From Tubulanus polymorphus (taxonomy: Eukaryota; Animalia; Nemertea): a stretch of 64,000 nucleotides of DNA. Location of the stretch: positions 5,488,485-5,552,484 of the forward strand of contig NC_134027.1 in NCBI RefSeq assembly GCF_964204645.1. The letters are read 5' to 3'. Position numbers and translations under genes: made by a program. Every line of letters begins with the position of its first letter. Position 1 is the first letter of the stretch. Shown in pieces: positions 41,301 through 54,300 of this stretch. Under the pieces are notes generated by a model. The model saw only the letters and a list, made by a program, of their open reading frames with translations, ran no database searches and was not told the origin of the DNA.

Positions 41301-42037
41301 ATCGAATTCCTGTTACAAAACGCGTATCAATACAGTCCGCTGTCTCTGAATGATTTGCCGATTCATAAGAATGATAGCTATCAAGCAATTTTTGGTATGC
41401 CGCTCGCTGCTTGTCGGTGTTTTCATAAATGATTAATTGAGTATTGTAGGTAACAGTCGTAATTTGAGATGTTTGTTGACGTGTTTATTTTTTTGTCAAT
41501 CAATGAGGGTAAACGTATGTCATTCAAAATAACAGAGGGTCACATTAACTATACAGTTATTGAAAGCGTCGGCGCTAGATGGCAGTCTTTCAATCTAACT
41601 TCGTTCGTATCAGTTTTTTACAGAACTCTTAGATGCAGCAAGATGAAAGAAATATGCTTTAAAGGAAACGTACTTTGTAATGGATCAAATCATGATGTTT
41701 CAGGCATGTTTGATAGGAAAGCTTAATAAGATATGTGTGTTATTTTATCAAATTCAAACGCATCTCTATAGCGCATCTGGTTTAATAATTTAACTGCACC
41801 TAAGGAGAAATCACACAATCACTTCTATTCTATTCGTCAGGTTCTGGGAAATAATAATGTTTGAGATCTGCAAAAACAATTCTTCTCATCTCCGTTCATC
41901 AATAGGTTTCGTTATAAGGTCATCTGTACTTTCTCGAATAAAGATATAACTTGATAAATTCATCAATTGATGAAGCCAGTTTTTTATGAGGTATTTCATT
42001 GAACCACAACCCAAGATAAAGTCGTAACCCGACTTAC

Positions 42038-42514
42038 CTGTGCGAAAGTTATTCTTTTGCCGATAAAATCCCGAGTTCTCTTGCCGAGGAACTCACGTGC
42101 CCGCTTGGAGAGGAAATCTCGTGCCCTTTTGCCAAGAAATTCGCGTGCTCTTTTGTCCTCGTTGAAATCCTCGAGCGTGTCTAAATCAGTGGTGAATCGC
42201 TTGCCCAAAAAGTCATTGCGTCGTTTTCCGAGGAACTCTCTGGATCGCTTCTCCAACTCGTCGAAATCTACGTCGTTGTCTTCGTCGGTTGTTCTTTTCC
42301 CGAGGAATTCGCGACTTCGTTTACCTAAAAATTCCCTTCGTTTCTCCTCATCCTCAAAGTCCGGCGCAGAACGTTTCGATAATTGTAGTAAGGCATCGTT
42401 TCGTTTTCCCAAAAATTCATGTGGTCTTTTGTCCATTTGACGGTCTTCGGATAAAGCATTCTGTAAGTGTACGACCACCAACAAGCAAACGGTGACAACC
42501 TCGTGAGCTTTCAT
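42038..42514 (-). CDS. xxEFL-amide neuropeptide precursor (EFLamide/TRH-type or PRQFVamide-like), main coding exon
   Basis: Signal peptide MKAHEVVTVCLLVVVHLQNALS, six EFLG-KR copies plus NDFLG, ARDFLS and TRDFIG, KR cleavage sites, Gly amide donors and acidic spacers. Ends at a strong donor CAG|gtaagt (42038); if unspliced, the stop is at 41996. Downstream exon not identified. Confidence 0.92.
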
Positions 42515-42534
42515 CTTATATCCGAGACTAACAA

Positions 42535-42780
42535 AACTATATTCTGGCTGTTGTGATGATTTCTTGTGCTTTTATACGTATCGCGACAAACGTATTCTAT
42601 CCCACGCAGGTTTTTGAACGTAAACCAAGTGAATCCCGACTTCCAAGTATTGCCTGCAACTTTAATCCCGCAACCACAACCGTATTGGCTAATTTGGCGG
42701 CCGATCGGTGACGTCACGGCATCGTGGCTTCTCTGATTGGTGAGAATCGATTTCTGGCGCGAGTGAAGTGGCGCCAATTT
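42535..42780 (-). promoter_or_regulatory. Proximal promoter of the neuropeptide gene (TATA, CRE, CCAAT)
   Basis: TATAAAG 42575-42569; palindromic GTGACGTCAC 42708-42717; CCAAT/ATTGG at 42684-42688, 42736-42740 and 42774-42778. Confidence 0.65.
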
Positions 42781-45700
42781 ATAGTTCACCGAACAGATAC
42801 CGTGTCGTCAAGTTATAATCGCACAGATACTGCTGCTGCGACGTGAGGGCAGAAACATTCTTTTCAAAGTAAGACTGCCATAGGCGCTATTAGCAAAAAT
42901 GATACACGAATTCCCAGTTGTATAGTTTTGTCTACCATTCGGTGAAAGCGACGAGTTCTCATGTGAATTCCACCTGATTTTACAATCAGTGCAGCTTAAA
43001 TCATCAGACCCAGCGTGTACAAGATTATCATTTACTTCAACAAAAACTCGCGTACACGAGGGGACGTAACATACCCTTAAATGAAACTCAGACGCAGATC
43101 AACTCCACTGCTAGTTGTTATGCTCGTTGTGCGTGCAGTTTTCATCCGCATCCGACGCGTTTTGAAAATCACACCGGTTATTTGTTGGTGTATTGTGCTG
43201 TGCAGGGAAACGCTAATGAAAAAAATCCCCAGCTAAGCTGCGACAGAGACAGAGATTAGACAGTGCATTAATACTGCTCTCTTGGCGAATATTTTGTATT
43301 TTAGTCGATATTTTGATTGAGTTTGAATCTGTTTAGAATGATATGCTATGACGATGGAGAAAAAATACGTATCTAAACAATCAAAAATAAATTTTCCATC
43401 AAATCGCAAAATTCTATTTCATCTTGGCGTATCTGTTGAACTACATGTATATCACGAAGCAACGCGGAATCGATAGTAACAACTTTAAAAAGATGATTTC
43501 TAGAGATAAGAATATAGATCTCTAAAATGTAAACCTGTCGACGCGTGTAAACGTAATTCTCATGTAAATGTTTGATAGACGCTGTCATTTATCATTTACC
43601 CATCAGGTATTTCGGTAATTTCGGGTGTGCCAAATTGAAAAAAATACACGACATTTCCGCAATGTATCACCCGTTTGTGAATGACGTGCATGAAGCTGAG
43701 TGAACATTCAAACAAATCGATACAGTCGTATAGTAAATATAAGATAAAAGCTACATACATTAAAGGTATATATTCTTTACGCGCGAATAAACGAAAATTC
43801 AATAGATTTCCAAAAATTTCTGGGTATTTCAAGATGATCTCCTCTGGTAGACGAGTTAAAAGAGTATTCATATTTTTGGTTGGAAATTTAATAATTACTT
43901 TCGTCTGTATGATACCCTCAGGCATGGGAGCGCTCTGTGTTTGGTGAAAGTTCCTTTCATCTATTTACTATTTATCCCCCTTCAGGCCTTTTCAGTATAG
44001 CTCTGTTTCAGCAATAGCATTTTTTGTAAACGTTACATTTCATACTTAAATGGCATTCAAATTTTGCTCGCTGCTGGGCGATATCATTTCTATCGTGTCT
44101 GCATTCAGAATTAAATGTCTCGTCAAATCAAAAATAGACACGCTCTTTGCTTGCTTCATTCTCTAGGATACACAGTTCAACAGTGACGGTTAGATCAGAT
44201 ATATGTCGATAATTTTTGTTTGGGTGTCATTAAAATTGCATAGCGAGGGGATGTCAGTCAGTGGAATTAATCGACCGACGGACAGAATATGTGCCCTTTT
44301 TATATCACCTATTATTCACCACACAATAATCGCAAATTACAAAAATATTTTCAAAATTTGATCACGAATCATAAAAATTTCATAGCGATTTTTGGGACTT
44401 TTCCGCAACTTCGTTTCGTGGAATTTTCAATCGTTTTGAAAATAAAAAATCGCTGAAACTTCGATGAATTACGAAAGACGAAAGACACTCGCCGAAAAAA
44501 AAACGATCAAGTCGCAGAAGCCTTCTCAGACGCTCCGTGTACGTCTATCCATTGTATGAATTACATATCAAAAAATTCTTCTATTCCTGACGTCCACGAG
44601 GACTTCAGTTAACATGCGGCTTAATTCGCTCGAGATAAAACCGCGACAAATAAGCGCCCGTAACATATATATGTTCGACTGGTTGATTATATCCAACACG
44701 GAGACAATCAGGATCGGTCGTTGAATTGATACGGCGTTGTCTGAACGCTATTGGGACGATAGCATAGCAATCATCGATGCACTGTACACCGATTCCCTTA
44801 ATCATGGATCAAATGCGATATGATTTCGACGCGCTTGTTCTATTCGATGAAGCGAAATACGTTCATTAATGTATGTATGGTCACATTTATTCGCCGTCGT
44901 CAATTATCTCGCGCTCATAAGAAAAATATGTCTTCGTGTACAGGATAACAGTTACAGACGAGCCAGACGCCGAGACTTCAGTGAAATATCACGTGTCCCT
45001 TCGGTATTAGACTAAAAAGAAATGATGAAAATATAACAACCATTTTGAAGTCCTTCATCTCCGTGATGCCTCTCGTGTGGTTCAAGACCGCTGATCACCA
45101 GACGTACCTACGTATAGGGAGAGCTTCGGTTTACGAAGTCAGTCGACTAGTGGTCGGAATTGATGATCGAAGGCACTTTAGTTCGATCTTTGGCAATTCG
45201 CAAGGAACTCGTCGCCCGAACTACAGAGACATTGTTGGTTTAGAGCCTTTTAACACCAGCTTCCATGTTTAACTTCTAATCCAAGTATACGTACAAAGCG
45301 CGTTATTGCTCATGCGCAGCTATTCTAGTTTGCCTTTGTTTATGAATGTTATTTGGAAATGATAAACAGAACAGATAAATTCAATAAACGAGGATCCACG
45401 ATATCAAAAACGAGAACTTTGCCTAAGGTTTCTTTTTGCAATTACGTCACGCCATGGGATCACAAACCACGCACGTGATTGCTGCAGATTAGTCCAGACA
45501 TAATCTGGTCATAAGCCAGTTTGTGACCACTTTATGGTCATAAAATCACCACAATGGCTGAGGATAAAAATATACCCATTCCAAGATGAAACAGAAAAAT
45601 CCAAACAATACTGTCTGGGTCGTATTTTCCATGATGCGTTCGACGTATCACAAAATGAAAGCTGATACACATATTTTTAATCTTTCTTATTTCGGTGGCG

Positions 45701-46299
45701 AGAAAATCGTCGACAGTGTTACTGTGGCCACTGTTTTTCCTTTGTCGTCTACTATTACTGTACCAAAAAGTTAATCCTTGCAGTGATCATGAATTGATAA
45801 CTCAAACCCCGTCAATATTTACAAGACTTTACAAGACATCTCACGTATGTACAAAAAAATGTTGTATACCTTTTGATATTACCTTTTCTTTTCGCAAAGA
45901 AGTTTATAAGAAAACATTCGTAGGAAAGCCATTTTTCTTGTCATGGATTATATGTATACGATTGTTAGTGAGCAAAACATCATTAATATTGATAACATCT
46001 CAATATTAATACGTCTCATATTCCCTTCATACGTATGTTTACTGTTAACAAGTTCAGGTAGATGTAAATGTCATGTACTGAAACAACATGGATTGGTTAG
46101 AATACAACGATGGTTTGAAATATCAGATCTATATATCTTTATGATTGGATATCCTAGAACAATGATTGTTAATATACAGATGTGATATGTAACCGTTATC
46201 GAATCCTTTCTTTAGGATTAGAATCAGAATTCGCAGTAAGATTCTCTAGATCGAAAACATAATGTGATACGTTTGCGGACAAGGACTAACGCTGTTCTT

Positions 46300-46380
46300 C
46301 GTACTTCCGACAGCGAAATGTTTGATTTCCGGAAGCGGAAGTCGACCACTACGTCAGTAAACGAAACCGGAAGCTTCGGC
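46300..46380. promoter_or_regulatory. ETS/GABP-site-rich promoter-like cluster with no assigned coding gene
   Basis: ACTTCCG, TTCCGGAAGCGGAAGT, ACCGGAAG and a half-CRE ACGTCA within about 80 bp. Confidence 0.45.
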
Positions 46381-48114
46381 CTAGCAATTCAGATCAACGT
46401 TTGTGAAATGATGGAGAAATTGGCCATGATGACTGTCATCTGATATCACGATAACAGTCATCGGTCCAGCGAAAGGATCACGTGTTTGCACAGTACGGGT
46501 TGCACAATTCGACACACAACCGAATATCCAAGGAAAACATTACAATATTGTCTTTGTCGCCGTTATGACCTAGAAGAACTTAGGGATCAATTTTCATATT
46601 GAACTTTAGGTGCAGAATTACTACTCGAATCCTCTCAGTTTTGATCTGTTTTACCCTGGACTATAGATCGGTGGTTTTCCTTAAAAGCTAATGTGATAAT
46701 GGCATGGCACACTGCCATTTAAATGCTACCCCAAGCGTGAGTACACGTATCGTGTATCTGACAACATCCAACTTAAATGAGTTTAAACATCAACAAATCT
46801 AACGACCATTGTCAAGTTAATTACTCAACACAGCATCATCTTTGATTCAATAATCTTTTCGTTTCAGATTTCGTTTTCCGTTGAATTCCGTTTTCCGTCA
46901 ACAGGCATGGTGATTTGCAAGAACTATTGCAGAGCTTATGTATCAAGTTTCCATACATACTTTTTGTATGTTAGTGTTAATTCATACTAGATTTACTTGG
47001 TTTAGTAGATAATACATATTTCTTATATTTTTCTAGGGTCTTAGCAGATTAGTTTGGACAATGTTAGCTACAAAACAATGATTAAAATAAAAGTTTTTTC
47101 AGTCAATAACAACAATATCAAGGCACATGTAGCTATTATTGCTGATAATGATCCGTCTCCTCCTATGGGAAACAACGGTATCTCATAAATAATTTCACCA
47201 GTAACCAGAGAGAGAGTATCTTATTCTGGTTCACGATACGGGGTAAATCGCGCTAAGTCTCCGCTCGATTTTACGTATCAATGATCTTGTAGAAAGCAAT
47301 TGCTGGTTGGTTAGCCAGTAGACTCAGCGATAAAAGGCGAAAATCCCGCCAAGCACCTTAGCCGTGGGGCGCTCCAAATTTGATTTGTTACATCGGTGTC
47401 TTTGCCAGAATTTGCTCGACTTGAAAGAATAATATCGGCCCGCGGTACCTGCTTGACTGGATAACATCATATTTGGTATCTAATTACGCCGCGTCAACGT
47501 AGAGCTGACCGATACTGTCAGCATGCCTTAAGCCACCTTCATCTAAGGTGTTTCTTTCAGTGACCGTGCTTCTCTTCTCTAGTTTTTTTCCTATCGTATG
47601 CGCCCTTTCAAGTAGTGCACGCAATGAATAACTGATATTTTCGGAGCTGCGGTCAAAGGTCCTCCCCCATTCTTTTAATTATCCATTGAAAAGATAACCA
47701 GTGAGCGCCATCGTCATTCTTTTTGAAGATTTATGAGATTAAAAGGTAAACAAAGTGCAAGTAATTCTGTGATTCTATTTAAAATATTTCCCGTGATAAA
47801 TAAGTAATAGACGGAATTTACATCCTCTAAAGAGCTGTAGCGAATTAACGAAGAAGTCAACTGCGTTTGAACCCGCGGTATCTTTACGTCAGAGTGTAAC
47901 AAGCTCTTTGAACCATCTGGGGAAAATCAAATCCACAAATGAGCAAGAAATCGGAAAGAATAGGCGATTTTCGGAGAAAAGTGGTAAAAACGTCATCGTT
48001 TTCATGTTCAAATCAGGCAAATGAACATGAAATTTTTACTCAAGATTTTTGACCCCGGCGACACGTCTAATTTTACATGTCGACGGTTTCCGAACTCGCG
48101 GCGTATTGTTTTGT

Positions 48115-48138
48115 TGTGTGTGTGTGTGTGTGTGTGTG
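48115..48138. repeat. (TG)n microsatellite
   Basis: Uninterrupted TG run of about 12 units. Confidence 0.9.
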
Positions 48139-49375
48139 GAAGATGATGGCATTTTTAGACACAGCTCCTAATGAGTCTGTCAGCAACGTGATGGATTGGT
48201 CGAGCAAGCAGTGCATTAATCCTTGTGGTCAAACAGCGAGGTTTAAGCCGTCGCACGGTGTATAAAATTCCCGTCGTTTCATGGTAACAATCCACCATCA
48301 GTATCACGGTTTATTATCGCACGGGGTCTAGGTGCAAATATGTGCGAAACTTATCAAAATTTATCAAAGAAAATGATCGATGCCACTATCCCACCAGTGA
48401 TTTTATCCGTACCATGCCTTGAAAGTAATTAATAATGGACCATAGCGGGACATAATAGGATATTAAGCGCGATTGAGCGAGGTTTTTTCTCATTTTAGTA
48501 GCGCCTGTTCTCTTGTCGTGGTAAGTTATCAGGCTTTAAAGCAATCATTGTATTCGCTGTTTATGCTATTCTGATCAGAAAAAAGAAGGGAGATAATCCG
48601 ATTTTGGAAAAGTTTGCCAACTTTTTGTGAATTCGATCAAAAATTGGGCGGAGTATGATTCACTAAATGACTCAATAGCAGCGAGATGACTTAATTCCGG
48701 ATCATTGCAAGTACTATATATTAAAAACGGGCATGTCCTTAATAACTGTTGTAAAAACTTGAACTCGTGGGCAATAAACAATAAAGCATTTTCCTAATGA
48801 CGATAAACATCATCGTGTATAATTACTTATTACATCACGAACTTTATTTCATTTGAAATGGACGTTTTGGCAAAAGTATCAATTATGCGCTGTGTGCGTG
48901 GTACTGATTATATAGAAGCAGCAGTGATACAGTTTATTAATCGTATTCCGGAGTTCCGTCGACGACACCGAGACTTTCATATAATAACTATGGTTTCCAG
49001 TCAATTGTCGTCTATTGTCGCCGGAAACTGACCGGTCTTTCATGCCAGATACGTATATGGCGAACTAATCACCATGCCCTTAAAGCTTATGACTATTCCA
49101 AAATGAATCCGACATAAACGACATTCTCGGATAGTAAATCATATTCGGTTGGTATTAAGCCCGAGACGTAAAAAGGTAAACATTTTTACCCCATTCCCTA
49201 ATCAGCGAACTACATATAAAGGACCTTTTCTATAACTCATTTCCTACAACTATTTCAGCATTCCTGCTGATGAATATGAATATATTTTGCCGAAAACTGA
49301 TCACCGGTTTGTTTCGCGGATGGTCGTCGTTCAGCCGAAAATCAAATGACTGATACTCGATGATTTTATTCATGT

Positions 49376-49394
49376 ATATATATATATATATATA
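49376..49394. repeat. (TA)n microsatellite
   Basis: Uninterrupted TA run of about 9 units. Confidence 0.8.
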
Positions 49395-49535
49395 CATTTC
49401 TAACCCACGAAGGGCATATACTTTATCCAAACAAGATATATACATACATTCTTGCAAAATGATCGCCAACTCTAAAGTGCTTTTTTACCATAAAATAGGG
49501 ATTGACCCTGTCATTTATTTGATTGGTAGATTTCG

Positions 49536-49670
49536 TTTGATTTGTTTTGATTTAGTGTCCCTTACAAACCCACCACACATGCCGGAATCAAGGGGTCTGA
49601 TTTTGAAATCCGATATCGGAGTAGCGGTACGTTTATAGTTATGTGATCAGCGGTCGAATTAACAGAATTT
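49536..49670 (+). repeat. Dispersed repeat, copy 2
   Basis: TTTGATTTGTTTTGATTTAGTGTCCCTTACAAACCCACCACACATGCC...GGTCGAATTAACAG, homologous to the reverse complement of 35062-35192. Confidence 0.75.
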
Positions 49671-51360
49671 TTTGTATACGAATTAAATTAAATCTCGGTT
49701 CCGGTTCATTCAAACAATCTTCCAACCAGCCTGAACCGGCAAGCGGCTAATTGGGGTTAACTTTGTTGGCTTAAATACTTAAATACAACGAAATTTTGGA
49801 AATAACTATACACTACATACAAGGATCATTTTGAAGAGCTTTCTATCCTCATGACTCGATACGACTGCAACGAGACAAGAATGAGCTACATTGAAAAGCA
49901 TCTTACGTCGCGAATTTTGCTACACAGATCTGGTTACATTTGGAAGTTCGAGCAACGGATACCCTTTCATAATGATACCAGATATATTCATTGGCCGTCA
50001 ACGTGTCTAGATTGAGATTATGCATCTTCACTAGTTGGTCATTCATAACAAACCGTCCACTTCAAAGAATATCGGCTTTTACCCGGTCGGGGATAGTTAT
50101 CCAACGGATCACACGGCCTTATTCCCTATTTCATCAAAATGACCACAAGGAGATTTGGCCGAAAACATGTAATTAACTGATCAAAAAAGAGTGTTAGTAC
50201 GGGTGGAAACGAGTTCTGTCTGTAAGTGTTAATCGTTGAATGCGTCAGTTCCTCGGTTTTTTTTGTCTTGTCTAAGGTGCCAAATAGAGTTCAATGTCAA
50301 GATTATTTTTTCATAAATCAGAATCAACGACGAATTTTACATTCAACTGCATTATCTCTACACGATTAATCAATAGATGCCGTCTGTAGGATTAGATTTT
50401 CCACCGTGGATGGAGAAACTAACAAAACAAACAATATATCGTCAATCTTATAAATATATAAATAATTTTTCGATTTGCTTTATTTGAAAAAATCATAGCT
50501 GCCGAACAATTCATTCACTTATAAATAAAAAACGTACTACAATAATCGTAAAAATGGTCTGTATCTAACATTAGAAAGAGTAAAGGTATTAATTAATACG
50601 TCGTTTTATTCTTAACCGTCTCTCATTCTCACTTCAGATCGCGGCACTGTCACGAGTAGCGTATCTTAATTCGCAAAAACGTCATAAAGATTTACATGCC
50701 ATCATTTTCTGTCAATACATGGTTAAGTTTACTGCACCAAAAACCCAGCAATTTAAAACACATTTCTTGAAATTTGATGTACATATAATATATATATTTA
50801 TAAAGCAAGGCAGTTTCATCAATCACGGACACCTATATTCTAAAATCAGGCATAAAATCGTTGCTAGACAACTCAAATATGATGGACCTAATTTCAATTA
50901 TCCGTGCATGCGATTTTCATTTACTCTCATCAACGATAATAGATTAAGTGCTACGACACGCACAAATGACTGGGCATTTAGTATGAGAATGTCTGCCCCA
51001 TTAAAACTAGTTATACTGCATTATTACTAAAATGAAACTAGGGAATCATTCATTGCTAAATGAAAAACGATATAAATCATCAGATAGATAAATACTGGTC
51101 GTATACCCATAGTGAACCCCATTTTTTCTGGTCTCTAACCGAGGTACATCAAATACATGTTTGTTTCTTATGAGTTTAAAACTTTCCAAACATAATCAAA
51201 ATGAAAATCCGTCAGTAAGTCTGTCCTCAAAAGATGAGACAGCTAGTTTAAGCTTACAAAACAATTAACTTTCAATTTTTGGCCTGTATGAAATACATTC
51301 TAAAAGAAGACAAACATTTCTCAGCACGGCTATTAGTATAAAACTGCTCATTGTTATAAA

Positions 51361-54300
51361 TTAACTGCTGATAGCCGCTTCATCGCTGATTAAAGATGGT
51401 TTTTCTTCTGGGATGCTACGTAATGCTAGTTCAGTTAGATCTTCCATTTGTTGTTTTTGAGTACTATCAAGTGTTTCAAGGCGTTTACGTATTCGATCTA
51501 AATCTTGTTGATGTTGGCGCTCCTGAAAAAGAATAACAACATTTTCAATTTCAAATTGAACACCCTTTTCGTTAATGAGAAAAATGTATTTTGCATCCGA
51601 CTGATTGGCAATTTCGGGAATGGATTTCCCTTGAACCTAGCAGTTTTTTTTCAAAAAACAAATCTAGATGATTGCTCACACATGCGACCTATTGATGAAA
51701 GTGGGTTGACAGAGACAAATTTATTTAAGTAATGAACTACCTAAAACTGATGAGCATGACCTATGTCCATTATAACCAATTCATACCTCTTCGTCGAAAT
51801 TTGTAGGCGTTGGCATAAATTCTGAGGTGATTAGAATGTCTTGTGCGGTAGATTTCGTGTAGTCAGGCATTTTGTTGCCTAAATTAATTGACGCAGGTCC
51901 AACACATGTGGCATTTACCGCTCCGACTTGCATATCTTGTGCAGCCGATCCAGAGGGGCAACTTAATAACACAGCCCTGTAGTCAGTGTGTCGTCGCCAG
52001 AGTTCTTTCATCTGACGTTTCATTTTGTTATGCACTTCGAATGGTACAAAATTTCTGAAAAATGTTCCAAACACCGAGTAAATAAAATTATCTTTAACAA
52101 CAACATTCTCGACACTGAACTACACCGTCATTCTTTTTTGCATTTTCTTTTTACTCAGAATAGAATATTATATAGAATAGAAAGTTATATGGCACATACT
52201 TAGTGGCTTGTTTTTCTAACACGAGCTGTTCAAGTTTTGCCTTCGACAACTGGTACTTGTCCTTCAAGCTATAAATGTATTTTGTGTAACGCTTCTTCCT
52301 CTGTAATAAATAGAAGTTAAAGTAAGCAACGAGTCAATTTTCGGAATTTGACACCACTTTAGAAATACAGCTGATTACCAATCTCTCGAGTTAATTATGA
52401 AAAGAAGGCGCTGAATTCATTATAAAACTTTATTGCTTGTTCAATAATTTTTCATTCACCTTTTTATGGAGAATAGCTGCATTATTGAGTTTCGTTTGTA
52501 GCTGATTGAGCTTGTCTTCGAGGTCATCGTTGCGAGATTTCAAAACGAGTTTTTCGTCCTCAAACGACGACCGATGAAGTGCGACGACCTTGTCGACGCT
52601 CTCCTGACCGCGAAGTACTGCTTCCTTTGTCTTTTTCAATTCTTCCGTATAAAAATCAAGCTACAAGAATTCATGAAAATATTATGATTTGCTGTAAAAT
52701 AGATATGATATTATTCAAACAATATCTACCTCATTTTGAAGTTTATTATTTTCTTCCAGAAGTTCATTTTCACCGCTTACAATGCTATTAAGCTGCTGTT
52801 CTGTATGCTGCAGTTTATTCTTTAGTTCCTGATTTTCTTTGCGTTCAATCTCAAGCTGGTTTACTATCGTCTGAAGATTATCTGCCTTTGTTCTATAGAT
52901 AAATAAAGTATGTATATGATGTAAATTAAGGCCAAATTTCTGAGAAAGAAAACAGCTGAGGAAATGGTAGCTTACCTGATGACAAGACATTCTTTTTCAG
53001 CGGTGATTCTAGATTCCTCTGCTACTCGTATGCGTTCTTCGATCTTTTCTTGTTGTTGATGTTTAATTGTTTCTTCATCAATTTTACGACGTTCGATTTC
53101 CTGCAGCTTCGTCTCCAATTCGAGTCTATCAGAGAGTAAGAAATAAGAAATTTGGTATTGAGAACAGTGAAAATTGAAGCAAAAATCTGTTGTTGCGCAT
53201 ACGAAATTAAATGATTTCGAAAAGGCTTTGAATATAAGTGGGACCTATTTTGAATATACGAACACATTTTCAACTTACTTTTGATTTTCAATCATATTCA
53301 GTTTTTCCCATTCCTCCTCACGAGCAAGCTGCACTAATTTAACTGATTCTTGTTCCTTCTCAGTCAGACATCTAGCTTGTTGTTCTATAGTATGTTTAGC
53401 TATTTCTACCTGTGAAGCGACATCTGAAGCAAAAACAGACAATACAAATAAGATCATGAGAACACACAAAAATGAAATTAAAGAGGCGATTTATAAGCAG
53501 CAATATGTATAGGTGAGGAGGCCATGGCCTCTCACTGCGCTAATAAGTAAAAAGAAGCCTTGATATTCCAATATTGAGTCAGGAAAAGTAACCTTTAACA
53601 GAAGGAGTAAGTAATTACCATCGAGTTGAGCTTGAAGCCTATCTCTTTCCCTCTCCAGTTCTCCGCATGATCGAAGATTCTCCATTTTCATGTTTGTAAG
53701 CTCAACCTTCCCACGGTGATTGACTTCTTCAATTTTGTTACGAGCGAGCATGCAATCTTTCTCTAAATCTTGTACTTTAGTCGTCAATTTATTTGTCTGT
53801 TCCAATGACATCGCCAATTCCCTCTGCAGATTATCGCACTGTGACTGCAATGAGTCTCTCTCAGTCTAGAAAATATATAAACAATGGATCAAACACTGTG
53901 TATACAGTTTCAAAGCTTCAACTCAAAGAGCCTAATTCAAAGAATTCTATTCAATTTACCTGAAGCGCTTTGATATTTCCAGCAGATTCAGTGATCTGTT
54001 TTGCTTGAACTCGAGTAACTGATTCTGACTCATAGCCTTGGTGTTCTTTTTTAACCCGAACGTCTTCCAATTCTTCGGATAATCCTTTCAATCGCAACAG
54101 TAACTGAGCATTTTCACGCTGTAAGGTACGAACCTTTTGGGTATCATTGACAACATCTGATTGCTGGCGTAATGCGAGTGCTTCTCTTTCCTTGCGAAGG
54201 TTGACAACCTGCAAAAGAATAAGTAAAGTAGTTTGTGATATATCAATTCAGTAAGGATCATATATTATTTCAGCTACCAAAGCTTAAAAAGGAATGAAAA

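Noticed and set aside
42057-42440. 127-aa plus-strand ORF
   Set aside because: Antisense shadow of the repetitive neuropeptide exon.
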